Origin: Eledone cirrhosa
Lineage: Eukaryota
Assembly (NCBI GenBank): GCA_964016885.1
Contig: OZ024749.1
Location: 31,682,001-31,746,000 of the forward strand
DNA length: 64,000 bases
Direction: 5' to 3'
Positions 1 to 13,362 of the stretch are shown here, in pieces. The translations under genes and the position numbers were made by a program. A model generated the notes under the pieces. The model ran no database searches. It saw only the letters and a program-made list of their open reading frames with translations, and had not been told where the DNA came from. Positions within the stretch are counted from its first letter, which is position 1, and each line of letters starts with the position of its first letter.

Positions 1-454
1 CACACACACACATATACACACATATATATACATATATATACACACATAGAGACACACACATATATAATTATACATATACACACATACATACTTACAAACA
101 ATCACAAACATACATACATACACACACTTCACCACCGACCATTTAGCTTTCAAGTTGATGGGAATAACTTTATGTTTTTCCATAGTTTTTCTCTCTTTTT
201 ATTCTTTGTTTCTTTCCTTGAAGGAGTCCAGTAAAAAAATTTTGTTCTTTTGTTACTCTTTCTCTTTCCCTCTCTTTCCCTCTCTTTCCTTGTATCTCCT
301 CTTTCTTTTCCTCTCTTTTTCCCTTCCTTTCTTTCTCTTCTGTCTCCTTATTATATAAAGCAATCAATTTTCGATTAAGTCACATGACACTTGTTGGCAA
401 GCAAGTGTCATCAAATGATTGCTGTTATTGACGTAGTCATCGTTGCTGTCATTG

Positions 455-617
455 GTGTTTTTTTGTTATTGATGTTGGCGGTGTTGTTGTTGTTGGCGGT
501 GTTGTTGTTGTTGTTGTTGTGGTCGTGGTGTTTTTGGTGATGTTGTTGTTATTGTTGCTGTTGTTGTGGTGGTTGTGTTTTGGGTGATGATGTTGTTGTT
601 ATTGTTTTTGGTGATGA

Positions 618-650
<33 letters not shown>

Positions 651-938
651 GATTTTGGTGATGTTGTTGGTGTTGTTAGTGTTGTTATTGGTTTTGTTGT
701 TGTCGTTATTGGTGATGTTGTTGTTATTGTTATTGTTGTTGTTATTGTTTTTGATGACGTTGTTATTGTTATTGGTGATGTTGTTGTTATTGTTATTGTT
801 GTTGTTATTGGTGTTGTGTTTTTGGTGATGTTGTTGTTATTGTTTTTGGTGATTTTGTTGTTATTGTTTTTGGTGATGTTGTTATGGTTGTTGGTGATGT
901 TGTTGGTGGTGGTGTTGTTGTTGTTGTTGTTGGTGGTG

Positions 939-970
<32 letters not shown>

Positions 971-1790
971 GGTGGTGGTGGTGGTGTTGTTGTTGTTGGT
1001 GGTGGTGTTGGTGGTGGTGTTGTTGTTGGTGGTGGTGGTGTTGGTGGTGGTGTTGTTGGTGGTGTTGTTGTTGTTGGTGTGGTGGTGTTGGTGGTGGTGT
1101 TGTTGGTAGTGGTGTTGTTGTTGGTGGTGGTGTTGGTGGTGGTATTGTTGTCGGTGGTGTTGTTGTTGTTGGTGGTGTTGTTGTTGGTGGTGTTGTTGTT
1201 GGTGGTGGTGGTGTTGTTGATGGTGGTGTTGTTGTTGTTGGTGGTGTTGTTGTTGGTGGTGTTGTTGTTGGTGGTGGTGGTGTTGTTGATGGTGGTGTTG
1301 TTGTTGGTGGTGGTATTGTTGGTGGTGTTGTTGTTGGTAATAGTGGTGTTGTTGGTGGTGTTGTTGGTGGTGTTGTTGGTGGTTTTCAGTTTTTCGTGAT
1401 GTTGTTCTTGTTGTCATTGGACATGTTGTTGGTGTTGGTGTTGTTCTTATTAGAGTTATTGTTGTTATTGATGTTGTTGTTGGTGGAGGTGTTGTTGGTT
1501 TTGTATTTATTGTTATTGTTCATAACATTTTGTTTGTTATTAATGTTGCATAGCTCTTGTAATTAACGTAAGAACTACTGAGGGTGTTGTTGTTGTTGTT
1601 ACTGTTGTTTTTACTGTTGTTATTGTTGTTGTTGTTGTTCTTGTTCTTGTTCAAAGCTGAAATTACTGTTGTATTGGCTAAATTCGTTTTTGTTGTTGAT
1701 GTTGTTGTCATTACAGTTGTTGTCGTTGTTGTTGTCACAGTTGTTGTTGTTGTCGTTGTTGTTGTCACAGTTGTTGTTGTTGTCGTTGTT
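455..1790. repeat. Degenerate (GTT/GGT)n trinucleotide array
   Basis: Direct reading; overlapping poly-V/L/T/H/Q ORFs are repeat translations. Confidence 0.95.
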
Positions 1791-2132
1791 GATTCCAATT
1801 TAAACGTTCTATCGTTTATCTGATTTCATTTATGTCGAATTTTAATCAATCATTCATTATTTTAGTCACCGTTACTACACTCTACAGCCACCAACACTAC
1901 TTCCAGCACAACTACCACCATCTCTACTACCACCATTACAACCATCAACACCAACACCACGTCCAACACTAATGCAACCACCAACACACAACTACCACCA
2001 TCTCTACTACAACCAATACAACCATCAACACCAACACCAGCACCAACACACAACTACCACCATCTCTACTACAACCAATACAACCATCAACACCAACACC
2101 AGCACCAACACACAACTACCACCATCTCTACT

Positions 2133-2242
2133 AGAAGAAGAAGAAGAAGAAGAAGAAGAAGAAGAAGAAGAAGAAGAAGAAGAAGAAGAAGAAGAAGAAG
2201 AAGAAGAAGAAGAAGAAGAAGAAGAAGAAGAAGAAGAAGAAG
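2133..2242. repeat. Pure (GAA)n microsatellite
   Basis: Direct reading. Confidence 0.98.
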
Positions 2243-2370
2243 ATTATGACACCAACAGCCACATGTCAATGTTTAGAAGACAACTTAACAGATTATTTCT
2301 GTAAATCTTTGACAAATTTACTCAGAAAATCCATTTCAGAAGCTTCCTTGTTACCAAATCAACAGGGATT

Positions 2371-2374
<4 letters not shown>

Positions 2375-2455
<81 letters not shown>

Positions 2456-2469
2456 CTCTCTCTCTCTCT

Positions 2470-2536
<67 letters not shown>

Positions 2537-2620
2537 CTCTATCTAACCCTCTCTCTTACCCCCTCTATCTCTCTATCTCATCTTCTCTCTCTCACCGCCC
2601 CCTCTCTCTCTCCTCTTTAA

Positions 2621-2685
<65 letters not shown>

Positions 2686-2720
2686 CATCTATCTATCTTT
2701 CTCTCTCTCTCTCTATATAT
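2375..2720. repeat. (CT)n / (CTAT)n compound microsatellite
   Basis: Direct reading. Confidence 0.95.
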
Positions 2721-2761
2721 ATATATATTTCTCTCTCTCTATATATATATATATAAATGTA

Positions 2762-2862
2762 TAGGGTGTCCTCAAAAAATGTATACACACTTCAACAATA
2801 TTCTAATACATATTGCCTGTACAGGTAATCAAAGTGAGTATACATGTTTTAGGGACACCCTG
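2762..2862. mobile_element. ~100-bp Tc1/mariner-type MITE (copy 1)
   Basis: Terminal inverted repeats AGGGTGTCC..AAAAATGTATAC / GTATACATGTTTT.GGGACACCCT in TA context; same element at 7033 and 21116. Confidence 0.75.
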
Positions 2863-2906
2863 TGTATACATCCCTTTCTTTCTTTCTCTTTCTCCTTTCT
2901 CTCTGA

Positions 2907-2940
<34 letters not shown>

Positions 2941-3015
2941 GTATTTGTATGTATGTGTGTGTGTGTATGTGTAAACCTGTGTATATATAAATATAACGCT
3001 TTCTAACTCTCTTTT

Positions 3016-3078
<63 letters not shown>

Positions 3079-3582
3079 ATGTGTATATGTGTAATTGTGT
3101 GTGTGTATGTGTGTGAGTATGTATGTGTGTGTGTGTGTGTATATGTGTATATGTGTAATTGTGTGTGTGTATGTGTGTGAGTATGTATGTGTGTGTGCGT
3201 GTGTGTGTATGTATGTGTGTGTCAGTGTGTGTCAGTGTGTGTGTATGTATGTGTGTGTCAGTGTGTGTGTGTGTCTATATAGCTTTCTGTTTTTTTTACA
3301 TTACAGCCTCCTTGTGGCCAATTCAACAAGCTTATTTCTCTCTCATCACCACCTTCCTCTTCTCTCTCCTCCAACCAACTTCTCCCTCTCCCCCACCACA
3401 CCCCTCTCTCCCCTCCACCACTCCCCCTCTTTCTCTCCCCTCACACCAACCTCTCTCTCCCTCTCCACCACCACTCTCTTTCCCTCTGTTCCACACACAC
3501 TCTCTCTCTCTCTCTCTCCTCCAACCAACCTCTCCCTCCCTCTCCACCACAATCTGCATTTATTCTGCTGTGTATTATTTAT

Positions 3583-3755
3583 CAGTAGAGGGTCGGACGC
3601 GATGCTTTCTAGCATAGTTACGCCCCTTTACGGTCTGAGTTCAAATCCCGTCGAGGTTAACTTTGCCTTTCATCCTTACAGGGTCGATAAAATAAAGTAC
3701 CAGTAATACACTGGGTTTGTGCTGGCCCTCTGCCAAAAGTAGAAACAATTATTAT
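3583..3755 (+). mobile_element. tRNA-derived octopus-type SINE (family 1)
   Basis: B-box-like GAGTTCAAATCC, body TTTGCCTTTCATCCTTAC..GGTCGATAAAATAAAGTACCAGT, tail GCC..AAGTAGAAACAATTATT; about 20 related copies in window. Confidence 0.9.
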
Positions 3756-3907
3756 ATTAATTTATTATATTACTTTTTACTATTTGAATCGAATCAAGAC
3801 GAAATATTTCGTATAGAACATTGAATTTGTAGTCACTTATGGTGGGTGACTCTTATGTTCTGGGTTCAAATCCCACACAGGTTAACTTTCCTTTTATCTT
3901 GATTAAA

Positions 3908-4099
3908 TAATTGTTTCTACTTTTGGCACAAGGCCAGCAATTATCCCAGTGTATTACTGGTGCTTTATTTTATCGACCCCGTAAGGATGAAAGGCAAAGT
4001 TAACCTCGTCGGGATTTTTGAACTTAGACCATAAAGGGCCGTAACCCTTTGCTGTAAAGCATGGAATCCGACTCTCTACCGATACTGCCAATCTACCGC
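3908..4099 (-). mobile_element. SINE family 1
   Basis: Reverse complement of the same consensus. Confidence 0.9.
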
Positions 4100-4428
4100 A
4101 ATGGGTTTGGTTAAATAATGTCCCAATTACGCAATGGATTCGTTAGATAAAGCACCAGTAATGCAATGGGGTTGGTTAGATAAAGTACCAGTAACGCAAT
4201 GGGGTTGGTTAAATACAGTACCAGTAATGCACTGGGGTTGGTTAAATGCAATGGGGTTGGCAAAATAAAGTACCAGTAATGCAATGGAGTTGGTTAAATA
4301 AAGTACCAGTAATGCAATGGGGTTGGTTAAATAAAGTACCAGTAATGCAATGGGGTTGGTTAAATAAAGTACCAGTAATGTACTGGATTAATTGCTGGCC
4401 TTGTGCCAAAAGTAGAAACTATTATTTA
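4100..4428 (+). repeat. 33-bp minisatellite derived from SINE 3' body
   Basis: Units AATAAAGTACCAGTAATGCAATGGGGTTGGTTA, ending in the SINE tail TTGCTGGCCTTGTGCCAAAAGTAGAAAC. Confidence 0.85.
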
Positions 4429-4436
4429 CATTGACA

Positions 4437-4600
4437 ATGGCAAAATTGGGAGAGCGTCGGACAACATGTTTTGTGACATATAGTTACAGCCCTTTACGTT
4501 CTGAGTCAAAATCCCATTGAGGTCAACGTTGCCTTTCATCATTAAGAGGTCGATAAAATAAAGTACCAATACCAGTAACACACTGAGGTCGATTTAACCA
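4437..4600 (+). mobile_element. Diverged SINE family 1 copy
   Basis: GAGCGTCGGAC..TTCTGAGTCAAAATCCC..GCCTTTCATC..GGTCGATAAAATAAAGTACC. Confidence 0.8.
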
Positions 4601-4734
4601 ACTTTGTGTATGTCTTTATTTCAACACAATACATCTCTATTGTGTCTTGTGGCATTAGCTGCCATTTTGTGAAAGTGACGGAATAACAGAATCACAATTC
4701 CTTCATCTCCCTATAACAAACATTTCACTCCCCC

Positions 4735-5455
4735 CCCCTCTCTCTATTTCTATATTAGATACAACGTCTCTAGCTCACCACCTCCTCCTCCCGCCCTTTT
4801 TCTATCTGTTACAAAGCTGTGACTGTGACTATTATTCCCCCTCTCTCTATTTCTATATTAGATACAACGTTTCTAGCTCACCACCTCCCCCTCCCGTCCT
4901 TTTTCTATTTGTTACAAAGCTGTGACTGTGACTATTATTCCCCCTCTCTCTATTTCTATATTAGATACAACGTTTCTAGCTCACCACCTCCTCCACCCGC
5001 CCTTTTTCTATCTGTTACAAAGCTGTGACTGTGACTATTATTCCCCCTCTCTCTATTTCTATATTAGATACAACGTTTCTAGCTCACCACCTCCCCCTCC
5101 CGTCCTTTTTCTATCTGTTACAAAGCTGTGACTGTGACTATTATTCCCCCTCTCTCTATTTCTATATTAGATACAACGTCTCTAGCTCACCACCTCCTCC
5201 ACCCGCCCTTTTTCTATCTGTTACAAAGCTGTGACTGTGACTATTATTCCCCCTCTCTCTATTTCTATATTAGATACAACGTTTCTAGCTCACCACCTCC
5301 CCCTCCCGTCCTTTTTCTATCTGTTACAAAGCTGTGACTGTGACTATTATTCCCCCTCTCTCTATTTCTATATTAGATACAACGTCTCTAGCTCACCACC
5401 TCCCCCTCCCGTCCTTTTTCTATCTGTTACAAAGCTGTGACTGCGATTCTATCCC
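4735..5455. repeat. 103-bp tandem repeat, about 7 copies, decaying to ~5830
   Basis: Near-identical ORF starts at 4819, 4922, 5025, 5128, 5231 (103-bp period). Confidence 0.95.
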
Positions 5456-5964
5456 CCCCTCTCTCTATCTGTTACAAAGATGTTACTAACACTATTCCCC
5501 CCTTTTCTCTCTCTATTTCTTTAACAAATACTGCGTCTCTAACTCACCATTCCACACCTTCTCCCTCTGTTTATCTGTTACAAAGCTGTGACTGTGACTG
5601 TATCCCTCCCTCTCTCTACATCTATATCAAATACAGCGTCTCTAAACCAACTTCCCTCCCTTCCCCTCCTCTTTCACTCTATATTGCCATTCCCTCTCTC
5701 CCTTCCTCTGTCTATGTGTAACAAAGCTCTGTCGCTATAGCCTCCCCTTTCCCTCTATCAGTCTGTCTGTCATATCACAAAGCTGTCACTCTATTTCTCC
5801 CTCCCTTTTTCTGTCTTCTATTATAAGCTGCAGTATGTCTCTCTCTCTCTGTGTCTCTATCTCCGCCCACTCTTCACAAAAATCCACCAACGAACGCCGA
5901 CCGCCACCCCAATAGTCAGGTCAACCACTTATCAACAGCAAACACTTGAGTTGCTACTGAAGAA

Positions 5965-5995
<31 letters not shown>

Positions 5996-5996
5996 C

Positions 5997-6047
<51 letters not shown>

Positions 6048-6066
6048 ATATATAGAGAGATACATG

Positions 6067-6107
<41 letters not shown>

Positions 6108-6321
6108 GGAAAAAGTATGACCCCGACGGCAGAACTCAAGCCGTTTCGACGACTAATTCTGGACTCAGCGTTCAGACTATTTCTGGACTCACAGTCCAGA
6201 AATAGTCGTCGAAACGGCTTGAGCTCTGCCGTCGAGGTCATACGTTTTCCTATTACCCACTCTACTATTGAGTACTCTGGTGCGTTATGGTCCATTTGGT
6301 TCCTTACCACAATTCCTTCGT

Positions 6322-6323
<2 letters not shown>
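6108..6323 (+). mobile_element. Fold-back element family A in (TA)n with 3' half of an HHR
   Basis: Arms GTATGACCCCGACGGCAGAACTCAAGCCGTTTCGACGACTA / TAGTCGTCGAAACGGCTTGAGCTCTGCCGTCGAGGTCATAC; GAAA + stem III + GUC; copies at 18706 and 21428. Confidence 0.7.
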
Positions 6324-6399
<76 letters not shown>

Positions 6400-6484
6400 G
6401 GAAAAATTTGAACAGGGACAAAACAGAGAGGCAGTACAATAAATGTTTATTAATTTCACGCTCAGGAGAGTGGAGGTAGGTGGG

Positions 6485-6517
6485 GGACGACGTTTCGGGC
6501 ATAAGCCCTTCCTCAGG
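6485..6517 (-). ncRNA. Minimal HHR-like motif (Penelope-type end), stem I not evident
   Basis: Minus strand CUGAGGA-A-GGGC uuau GCCC-GAAA-CGUCGUC followed by AAUAAA and (TA)n. Confidence 0.5.
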
Positions 6518-6657
6518 TGAGAAGTGTGTGGGAACAGAGTTCAAAAGGTGTGTAGGGGAGAGGTGGAGAGACATATAGCGAAAGGAAACGGTGCGAATGA
6601 AAAAAAAACAAATAAAGATAAAAAATAAAAATAAATCATGATCAAAATACAAGGAAT

Positions 6658-6735
<78 letters not shown>

Positions 6736-6862
6736 GTAGATAGTGAGTAATGTTGTAGAACAATAAAACTATGCATATATCAAATAAGCAGCACTCAACA
6801 ATTGGTAGGACTGGAGTATATATTAACGAAGAAATTAAAAGATGGTTAAAAAAGTTCCATAT

Positions 6863-6930
6863 ATTTTATTGTGCGCATTTCGAAAACAACATCAACCTGG
6901 GACAAAAATTGTGTTCTCATCAGATAAAAT
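6863..6930 (-). ncRNA. Type I HHR fold, cleavage triplet mutated (ACA)
   Basis: AUUUUAU-CUGAUGA-GAA c ACAA..UUGU u UUC-GAAA-U gcgc A CA-AUAAAAU; 7-bp stem I. Confidence 0.65.
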
Positions 6931-7032
6931 AAGGTAACATGATATGAGGCCTAAAAACACTTATCAACAAGAAAATGTCCAATCTACATATGACAGAAAT
7001 ATAAGAGTAAGATAAACATATATATATATATA

Positions 7033-7123
7033 CAAGATGTCCCAAAAATTAAATACACACTTCAACAGCATTCTAACAGATATTGCCTATACAGGTAATC
7101 AAAGTGTGTATACATTTTTAGGA

Positions 7124-7130
<7 letters not shown>
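7033..7130. mobile_element. Tc1/mariner-type MITE (copy 2)
   Basis: Same sequence as 2762-2862. Confidence 0.75.
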
Positions 7131-7207
<77 letters not shown>

Positions 7208-7247
7208 GATATTAGCAAATGGAAACTATATTTATAAAACCATATTT

Positions 7248-7310
7248 ATTTCATTATACATATTTCAAGGACACCAAGTTAAATTATGGTGTGCTTTCAT
7301 CAGATAAAAT
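7248..7310 (-). ncRNA. Type I HHR, intact core (family B)
   Basis: AUUUUAU-CUGAUGA-AAG c ACACCA..UGGUGU c CUU-GAAA-U augu A UA-AUGAAAU. Confidence 0.75.
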
Positions 7311-7383
7311 ATAATATAGATCAGTTTTATAAATAAATATTGACATACCCTTAAAGAATGCAACCATTACTGTTGGAAGCTCC

Positions 7384-7431
<48 letters not shown>

Positions 7432-7461
7432 AAAGAATAGAGGTGTAACACACGAGTTGTG

Positions 7462-7924
7462 ATATATTAGTAAAAGGAAAAGAAAATGCTGACAAATTGT
7501 TCCCAGTGAAAAATAGTTTAATTAGGAATAAGTAAAAATTAGTAATAAGTATTGGTTAGTATTTAGTTTTAGTTTTAAATTTTTACTGGTTGCGCATTTC
7601 TTATGCTTTTCAAAAATAATTTTGAGATAGAGCGCCCGTGATGTTTGCTGGTGATGATGGTGGTGGTGGTGATGATGGTGGTGGTGGTGATGGTGGAGGT
7701 GATTGAGGTGGTGATGATGATGAACAAAGTGATTTAGAGCAAACATCACGGGCGCTCTATCTCAAAATTATTTTTGAAAAGCATTAGAAATGCGCAACCG
7801 GTAAAGACTTAAAACTAAAACTGAATACTAACCAATACTATTACTAATTTTTACTTATTCCTAATTAAACTATTTTTCACTGGGAAAAATTCGTCAGCAT
7901 TTTCTTTTCCTTTTACTAATATAT
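7462..7924. mobile_element. Fold-back element with ~187-bp arms and degenerate U3-A8 HHR in each arm
   Basis: Arms 7462-7648 / 7739-7924; UUGAAAA-GCAUU aga AAUGC-GCAA-CCGGUA at 7774-7803. Confidence 0.7.
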
Positions 7925-8046
7925 ATATATATATATATATGTGTGTGTATATATATATCAACTCACCTTTAGCAAATACCCTAATCTAATCGCTAACCTG
8001 TTCCCATGACTTCTGCCAAACAAACCGATACACATATAGAGAGAGT

Positions 8047-8110
<64 letters not shown>

Positions 8111-8465
8111 CCTTTATTAGCCACAAGGGCATACAACAAATGGTACATAGCAAGATGTGACGGCGGAGGCTTTAGATAAAAATCGTACAAACTTTACCAT
8201 TAATAAATAACAATAAACTATATATAAAATAAAATAACAATCGAAATCCCCAATGGAGGGGAACGTTACTGCAGGGTTGTTTTACACCCCGTAGATAGAA
8301 CAACCATCAACACCTGGAGCACGTTTTGTAGGTGTTCCCTTCTTCCCTCTTTCTTTTCCTCAACATACAGGTTTATATACAGAGAAGATCCATTCACTCA
8401 GGCCATTTTCGCCACATTCACCCGATAGATAGATAATGGAGTAAATCTTTTTGATTTAATCCCTT
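8047..8465 (-). mobile_element. 3' end of L1/Tx1-like LINE with (CTAT)n tail
   Basis: Minus strand reads ..VNVAKMA.. C-terminal remnant, UTR, AATAAA, then (TATC)n; clade assignment from memory of octopus LINEs. Confidence 0.45.
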
Positions 8466-8505
8466 CATAATCTATTCATATATATATATATATATATATA
8501 TACAT

Positions 8506-8729
<224 letters not shown>

Positions 8730-8833
8730 TATATATACAGAGTAGAAGGGATATTTAATTTGTTGGAAGTCCAACAAATATAAATATTTATAACTGATTT
8801 AGAGCACTCAACTGTTTACTGTATTAAATATCC

Positions 8834-9065
8834 AATGATATTAAATAAATCGAAACTATATTTATAAAACCATATTTATTTTATTTACTATCCAGTGAAT
8901 TTCCAACCCATAAGGTATGATTTTCATGGGTATGTCTCTATTTATAAAACACACTTTCTATTTTATCTGTTGAAAGCGTACCAATGTGTCTTGGTACCCT
9001 TGAAATATATATAATAAAATAAATATGGTTTTATAAATATAGTTTCCATTTATTTAATATCATTG
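8834..9065 (+). mobile_element. Family B element with inverted tail copy and HHR (core A6U)
   Basis: 8960-9020: AUUUUAU-CUGUUGA-AAG c GUACCAA..UUGGUAC c CUU-GAAA-U auau A UA-AUAAAAU; tail inverted at 8834-8885. Confidence 0.7.
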
Positions 9066-9071
9066 TATATT

Positions 9072-9214
9072 TTAGTTATTGCTCGCACCAACCTGAGGTA
9101 TATGATTTTTAATGTGATGAAATACCAATGATGGTTGGCAAATCACTGATGAGGGACTAATTTTATAATATGTAAACCATGTGCAACCACGCAGTTTTCC
9201 TCTTTCTTCCCATG

Positions 9215-9216
<2 letters not shown>
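9072..9216 (+). mobile_element. Family C (TA)n-associated element
   Basis: Closely similar copy at 60563-60705 and inverted copy at 60908-61027; contains CUGA(U/C)GA-(A/G)GGAC but no 3' GAAA half. Confidence 0.65.
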
Positions 9217-9258
<42 letters not shown>

Positions 9259-10150
9259 TCTGCTTCGTAGAATGAAGACGTATCTGAGAACTTTGCGATT
9301 TTCAGAGTCGAGTCAGGTTCGATCATCAAATCGATCTGTCTCGAGCTGGTCGCCAGCGAAACGATTGTAATATGTCCAATAAATTCCATTCGTCGCAACA
9401 CTGATTCTCTTTTTTTTCTGTGATATCATACTCTGCTCTATGAGATCATCGAATGCTCAAACGGCCTACCGCATACGGACGCTTTAAGCATCCAACATCA
9501 ATATAGACTTCTGCGTTCTAAGGACGAAACTTGCTGTAGTCAACTTTACATTTCTGCGACTAACCCAGGTTCTGTTGCACTTCGGTCTGAGGAGGGCAAA
9601 CTCTCCAGCTATCGGTCGCTCTCCGACAGGTTTGCATTGGTGTCCTTGGCAGTGGAGACTTCTGGTGTCCTTGGCCCTAGGGTTACCTCCCTACTTACCA
9701 CCAGCCTACTTACCAGAGCTGGCCACCGCCTCGCGAGATGGAATCGCTCTTCCGGTGCATCTCCCTTACCATCCTCCGGAGAAACGCCTTATCCATTCTG
9801 TCCGTCGGGGACGTGGAGCGGCCAGTACTTGGGACCCCTTTTGCTCAAAATACAGAGAGATGGGGAGGGAAAGAGAGATGGAAGCAATGACAGTGGGAGT
9901 TCGGTTCTTCTGTGTTCGGACACATTTGTCAAACTGCAGGTTTTATGAAACAATTGTACCATAAATTAACCATTTCATCAGTTGTGACTTCATAGGTCAT
10001 TGGTTGGTGGAACTATTAGATGGGTTGAATCACGTGACATCCAGTATCCGTGTTTCTCCTGATTGCGTTCTGAATTCATATTTTACTTTGAAGTTCAAAT
10101 TCCACCGATGGACCGGTCTAATCTCCTGACCACTGGACCACAATTAGTTA

Positions 10151-10339
10151 TAATTGTTTCTACTTTTGGCACAAGGCCAATAAATACCCAGTACATTACT
10201 GGTACTTTATTTTATCGACCCCGTAAGGATGAAAGGCAAAGTTAACCTTGGCGGGATTTGAACTCAGACCATAAAGGGCCGTAACTCTTTGCTGCACAGC
10301 ATGGCGTCCGACTCTCTACTGATACTGCCAATCCACCGC
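10151..10339 (-). mobile_element. SINE family 1
   Basis: Full consensus match. Confidence 0.9.
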
Positions 10340-10579
10340 TTTATTAGTTATAATGCTTGCAATTTCGGACGGAGGAATGGGGTGATCTGCTTCTGCTGTC
10401 CAAACTAAATTCTCTTCCCCCTCCTACTCGTCCTTCTGACCCTCCGCAAGATCCTTCTTCTCTTCCTCCTCTTCACCACTATCTTCACTATCATAATTAT
10501 CATTATCATCGCCACAACCACCACCACCTCAACCACACTCAATCCGTACCACCACCTCCTTCATCATCATCATCATCAT

Positions 10580-10626
<47 letters not shown>

Positions 10627-10774
10627 CCATCATCATCAATATCATCAGGCATGTTCTACTTTCAGTAGATTGAATACCAAGGATAGTTCTAATGCCAGGT
10701 ATGGTTAATTACTGCTCTACATATGATAGTATTTGATCACAAAATATAAACAGTCGGAAGATGCACTACAATTT

Positions 10775-11065
10775 CGCCAGTACTTTATTTATCGACCTCG
10801 AAAAAAGATGAAAGACACATTTGACATCGATAGGAATTGAACCTGTAATGTACAGTTACAGAAGAGATACCAAAAGACGGCACTTTAACAAATTCACTAA
10901 TCTTCCATCTCTGCTCCGATACTTCATTTATCAACTTCAAAAAAGAAGAAAAACAAAGTTCCCATCACTAGAATTTGAACTCAGAACGAGAACGGTATGA
11001 AATCATAGAAAAAAACCGAAAACTTTAAAGCCGACGCTCTCACGCTTCTATCAATTCACCACCTT
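10775..11065 (-). mobile_element. Two old diverged SINE family 1 copies
   Basis: TACTTTATTTATCGAC..GATGAAAG..GAATTGAAC; second copy GAATTTGAACTCAGAAC..CCGACGCTCT. Confidence 0.6.
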
Positions 11066-11457
11066 ATACTAAATACAACAAGATTTTTTTTCCTTTCAGT
11101 CTGTCAGCGGCCATTTTAACTATTTCACTCTCAACTCCAACCAATAACCATAAATTACTTTATTTTGTTGTTCATGTTTTCGTTTATATTTCATTACTAT
11201 TATTTTTTTCTCTATTCTTTTCCAAGAAACCAATTGTTGTTCATCGATTAAACATGCCTTCTTTATTAATCGCCTTCGTCTTTTCTAAACCCACCCTAAA
11301 ATGTCGATTGTATTTCTGTAAACAAATATTTTATTGACGAATAAACCGAAACAAAAGTACGTTATTAAAGTTGGCTTCATTAAATTATGGATTTCGTCTC
11401 ACCAAGTTTTAAGCTATTCAAACAATTTTTGTTTCTAATCCGAATTATTGACGTAAT

Positions 11458-11685
11458 AATAATGGTTTCTGGTCTAGGCACAAGGCCAGCAATTTGAAAG
11501 GGGAAGGGAAAAGTCGATTAAATCGACCCCACTGTATTACTGGTGCTTAATTTTATCGACCCCCCGTAAGGATGAAAGGTAAAGCTAACCTCGGTAGGAT
11601 TTGAACACAGAAGGTAAAAGTACTGTAATTATATGACACGAAGCTTGTTGTCCGTCGCTCTACCGATACTGTCAATTCACTGCCC

Positions 11686-11720
<35 letters not shown>

Positions 11721-11916
11721 TGTTTCTACGTTAGACACAAGGCCAGCAATTACCCAGTGGATTACTGGTACTTTATTTTATCGACCCCGTAAGGATGAAA
11801 GGCAAAGTCAACCTCGGCGGGATTTGAACTCAGATCGTAAAGGGACGTAACTATGCTGGAAAGCATGGTGTCCGACCCTCTACCAATACTGCCAAATAAT
11901 AATAATAATAATAATA

Positions 11917-11961
<45 letters not shown>

Positions 11962-12270
11962 TATACTTTAGGCACAAGGCCAGCCCTGTTGGGGGAGGGT
12001 AAAGTCGATGAAATCCACCCCAATGCATTACTGGTACTTTATTTTATCGACCCCGTAAGGAAAAAATGCAAAGCTAAAATCGGTGAAATTTGAACTCAGA
12101 ATGTAAAGGGCCGCAACTAAATACTATGAAGCATGTTATTGGACGCTCTACCGATTTTGATTTAGACACAAAGCCAGTAATTTTGGAGAAGTGTAAGTCG
12201 ATTAAATCGACCCCAGTGTGTTACTGGTACTTTATTTTATCGAGCCAGTAAGAATGAAAGTCAAAGCTGA
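11458..12270 (-). mobile_element. Chain of four co-oriented SINE family 1 copies separated by (AAT/ATT)n
   Basis: Copies at about 11458, 11717, 11957 and 12160. Confidence 0.85.
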
Positions 12271-12514
12271 GAGGAAGTCTGTGTGTAAGAAAAATCAGAT
12301 GTAGTGTATAAAAGGAGGAAGCTGCAGGAAGACCAAGGACGAGTTGAGCAGAGATGTCATAAGTGGCGATCATATTACTGAATATCATAGAGGGGACGCA
12401 ACGAAAGAACGCAATACGTGGGGGGTGGGTCATTGAAAAGACGCACCTAGTGCTAGAACACACACGCTCACACACACACACACATATACACTAACACACA
12501 CTCAATCTCTCTCT

Positions 12515-12556
<42 letters not shown>

Positions 12557-12573
12557 CACTAACACACACTCAA

Positions 12574-12667
<94 letters not shown>

Positions 12668-13314
12668 ATATAGGTATATATATGTAAATATATGTGTATA
12701 TATATATTTATGTGTATATATATGTATATATATATGTATGTATGTATGTACATATGTATTTTATATATATGTATATATATATGTATATATATATGTATAC
12801 ATATATATATATATTTAAATACATACGTACATACATACTTACATATGTACATACATACATATGTTTATGTAGTGATAATTCAATTAAAATGAAATTTTAC
12901 ATTCAATATTATGATATATTAATTCTGTTTGAGAGCTCTGTTCTAGAATTGTATAACTAAATTCTACTTTGGTAAATAAATAAATTATTGAAATATTTTA
13001 TAATATCTACAAGAATGGAATTTACTAAATTGTTTAATCGACTGGAGAATCTTCACTGATTCATTGTATTCGACAATCAGATGTGTAATGTGTGTGAATA
13101 TATATATATTTGTGCGTGTGTGTCTCTGTGTGTGTGTATGTGTTTATATATATATGAATGTATGTGTATGTATATATATATACATACATATATATGTGCA
13201 TGCATTTGTGAATGTGTGTATGTATAAATATATATATATGAATATAAATGTGTCTACATAGGCAGAAAATAGATACATAGATATATAGGTATGTAATTGT
13301 GTATCTATGTGTGA

Positions 13315-13362
<48 letters not shown>

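Noticed and set aside
384-411. Small hairpin ATGACACTTG..CAAGTGTCAT
   Set aside because: Single short inverted repeat with no other support.
9331-9625. Three HHR-like fragments (GCUGG/CCAGC-GAAA; GGAC-GAAA; CUGAGGA-GGG)
   Set aside because: Each lacks a canonical half of the core; too degenerate to call.
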